Source: an uncultured Desulfosarcina sp.
Lineage (GTDB): Bacteria; Desulfobacterota; Desulfobacteria; Desulfobacterales; Desulfosarcinaceae
Length of the DNA stretch: 64,000 nucleotides
Reading direction: 5' to 3'
Assembly: GCA_963674945.2 (NCBI GenBank)
Contig: CAXXWQ010000004.1
Coordinates: forward strand, 2,112,001 to 2,176,000
Shown here: positions 61,791-64,000 of the stretch, piece by piece
How the letters are laid out: every line of letters begins with the position of its first letter
How positions within the stretch are numbered: position 1 is the first letter of the stretch
Notes under the pieces: model-generated
What the model saw: the letters and a program-made list of their open reading frames with translations, nothing else
What the model was told of the DNA's origin: nothing
Databases searched by the model: none
Translations under genes and position numbers: made by a program

Positions 61791-64000
61791 AGCATTTCAA
61801 CCTGACCGAATGGGCGCTCAACCACAAACAGTTCATATACTATCTCATCATTATGATCTTTGTTGTCGGAGCCTATTGCTATCAAAACCTGGGGCGGATG
61901 GAAGACCCCGATTTCACGATTCGCAAGATGATCATCAGCGCCGCCTGGCCGGGTGCGTCAGCCCGGGAGGTGGAGGAGCAGGTGACCGACAAGATCGAAA
62001 GGAAACTTCAGGAAACACCTCGCCTGGATTATATCAGGAGTTATTCCACCCCGGGCCAGTCCTTCCTTTTCATCGCCCTTAGACCGGAAGTGACGGCGGA
62101 TGAGATTCGTCCCACCTGGCTCGAAGTCCGCAACCTGGTGGGAGACATGAAGGGAACCCTTCCGCGGGGCGTCGTCGGCCCCTTCTTTAACGACCGCTTC
62201 AGTGATGTCTTCGGATGTGTTTACGCCCTGACCGGGGACGGCTTTACCTATGAGGAAATGCGGGAAGAGGCGGAGGAGATCCGGCGTGTTCTTATGGAGG
62301 TCGACAGCATAAAGAAGGTAGAACTTCTCGGCGTCCAGAAGGAAAAAATCACCGTTGAAATGGAAACGGAAAAGCTGGCCCAGTTGGGCATCGATCCTGC
62401 GTTGATCGCAGTATCGGTGGAGGGGCAAAACGCCATGACGCCTTCCGGAATGATTGAAACAACCTCCGATCGCGTCTTTTTCCGGGTCTCCCGGATGTTC
62501 GATAATTTGGATGACCTGCGAAATGTTCCGATCCCCATCGCCGGGCAAACCATCCGTCTCGGAGACATCGCCACCATACGGCGCGGGTATTCCGACCCGC
62601 CCGATTCCCGGATGTTTTTTAACAGCAGACCATCAATCGGAATTGCCGCTTCCATGCAGGAGGGGGGGAACATCCTGGTCTTGGGAAAAAATCTCGATGA
62701 GACCATGGTTGAGGTGAAAAAGAATCTCCCCGCAGGGATGGAAATTACTTCCGTTTTCAATCAGCCCAAAGTCGTAAAGAGTTCCATCAACGAATTTATC
62801 AAGGTACTGGGTGAAGCGGTCATTATTGTCCTTGTCGTCTGCTTTTTGAGCATGGGGTTGCGATCCGGAATCGTCGTCACCCTGTGCATCCCCTTGGTCA
62901 TTACAGGGGTCTTCATCGTCATGAAATGCCTTGGGATCGATCTTCACAAGATCTCTCTAGGTGCACTGATCGTGGCGCTGGGTCTTCTCGTGGATGATGC
63001 CATCATCGCCATTGAGATGATGCTCGTCAAACTCGAACAGGGGTGGAAACGATTTGACGCAGCTTCCTTTGCCTATACCGCCACGGCCTATCCCCGCCTT
63101 ACGGGGGCCTTGATCACCTGCGCCGGATTTATTCCCATCGGTTTTTCAAAAGGCGTCGCCGCAGAGTTCGTCGGATCCATCTTCGCTGTGGTGACGATTG
63201 CTCTCCTCATTTCCTGGGTCGTGGCCGGAACCGCCACGCCTCTCTTCGGATTGCTCATGGTCAAACCGAAACCGCATGTGGAAGGTCACGATATTTACGA
63301 TACACCATTCTATCGGTCATTCAAACGTCTCCTTACCTGGTGCATGACGCATCGCTGGATGGTGATCGGCGCAACGGTCACCGGATTGGTCCTTGCCCTC
63401 TATTTAATGGGCTTCGTCAAACAGGAGTTCTTTCCTCCTTCGACCCGGCCGGAAGCCATCATCAATCTGCGCCTGCCGGAGGGGGCGTCCATACAGGCGA
63501 CCGAGGAGGTGGCCTGCCGGTTTACTGAAAAATTTGCCGATGACCCCGATACGGTTCAATATTCCTGCTTTGTGGGGCAGGGTGCGCCCCGATTCGTTCT
63601 GGCTGCCGACCCGACGCTTCCCAATACGAATTTTGCACAAATCATTGTCCTGGCCAAGAATTTGGAGGCGCGCAACCGGGTTATCACAAAGGCGCGAAAG
63701 CTCTTTGAAACCGAGTTTCCCGGTATTCGCGGCAATGCCAAGGTTCTTCAAACGGGACCATCCCAACCGTATCCGGTGACGCTACGGGTGACCGGCCCCG
63801 ATCATGAGAAGGTCCGCGAGCTTGCCAAACAGGTGAATGATATCATGGTAGCCGACGCCAACCTGCTGGATGTCCACATGGACTGCAATGAAAAAAACAA
63901 GGTCATGCTTCTATCGATCGATCAGGACAAAAGCAGTGCGCTGGGACTGAATAACCGAGCCCTGGCCAGGAATCTTCAGGCCCTTTTGTGTGGCGCGCCG
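61787..64000 (+). CDS. RND efflux permease (AcrB/D/F family), 3' partial
   Basis: MKHFNLTEWAL..., WPGASA.EVE.QVTDKIE and ALGLLVDDAII motifs; runs off the window. Confidence 0.92.
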   Translation, partial: MKHFNLTEWALNHKQFIYYLIIMIFVVGAYCYQNLGRMEDPDFTIRKMIISAAWPGASAREVEEQVTDKIERKLQETPRLDYIRSYSTPGQSFLFIALRPEVTADEIRPTWLEVRNLVGDMKGTLPRGVVGPFFNDRFSDVFGCVYALTGDGFTYEEMREEAEEIRRVLMEVDSIKKVELLGVQKEKITVEMETEKLAQLGIDPALIAVSVEGQNAMTPSGMIETTSDRVFFRVSRMFDNLDDLRNVPIPIAGQTIRLGDIATIRRGYSDPPDSRMFFNSRPSIGIAASMQEGGNILVLGKNLDETMVEVKKNLPAGMEITSVFNQPKVVKSSINEFIKVLGEAVIIVLVVCFLSMGLRSGIVVTLCIPLVITGVFIVMKCLGIDLHKISLGALIVALGLLVDDAIIAIEMMLVKLEQGWKRFDAASFAYTATAYPRLTGALITCAGFIPIGFSKGVAAEFVGSIFAVVTIALLISWVVAGTATPLFGLLMVKPKPHVEGHDIYDTPFYRSFKRLLTWCMTHRWMVIGATVTGLVLALYLMGFVKQEFFPPSTRPEAIINLRLPEGASIQATEEVACRFTEKFADDPDTVQYSCFVGQGAPRFVLAADPTLPNTNFAQIIVLAKNLEARNRVITKARKLFETEFPGIRGNAKVLQTGPSQPYPVTLRVTGPDHEKVRELAKQVNDIMVADANLLDVHMDCNEKNKVMLLSIDQDKSSALGLNNRALARNLQALLCGAP

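Overview
Bacterial chromosomal window, probably from a Desulfobacterales-type anaerobe (inferred from gene content). In order: a sigma-54 two-component/archaemetzincin/GcvH-like module; a glucosylglycerate/mannosylglucosylglycerate compatible-solute cluster; a Liv-type ABC transporter; a secreted PPC/FN3 metalloprotease; lsrF plus a Zn-dehydrogenase; an AT-richer block (DUF1329, 64-bp repeat array, double Lrp regulator, malic enzyme, frdCAB); nfnAB; HDOD and HEAT-REC signalling genes; an AOR-family oxidoreductase and ferredoxin divergent from two paralogous UroD/MtaA-fold genes; a decaying accessory region; and a sigma-54 activator facing an RND efflux operon. Top finding: the second UroD-fold gene (46796-48043) has one in-frame TGA that aligns with Cys260 of its tandem paralog and with TGT in a decayed third copy, and it is followed by a SECIS-like hairpin. 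This makes it a candidate selenoprotein in a Cys/Sec paralog pair linked to a non-classical AOR. Also notable: a 64-bp phased repeat array, a duplicated sigma-54 promoter plus leader, and a family of palindromic MITE-like elements. No rRNA, tRNA, CRISPR or transposase was recognised. All calls are by eye; no database searches were run.
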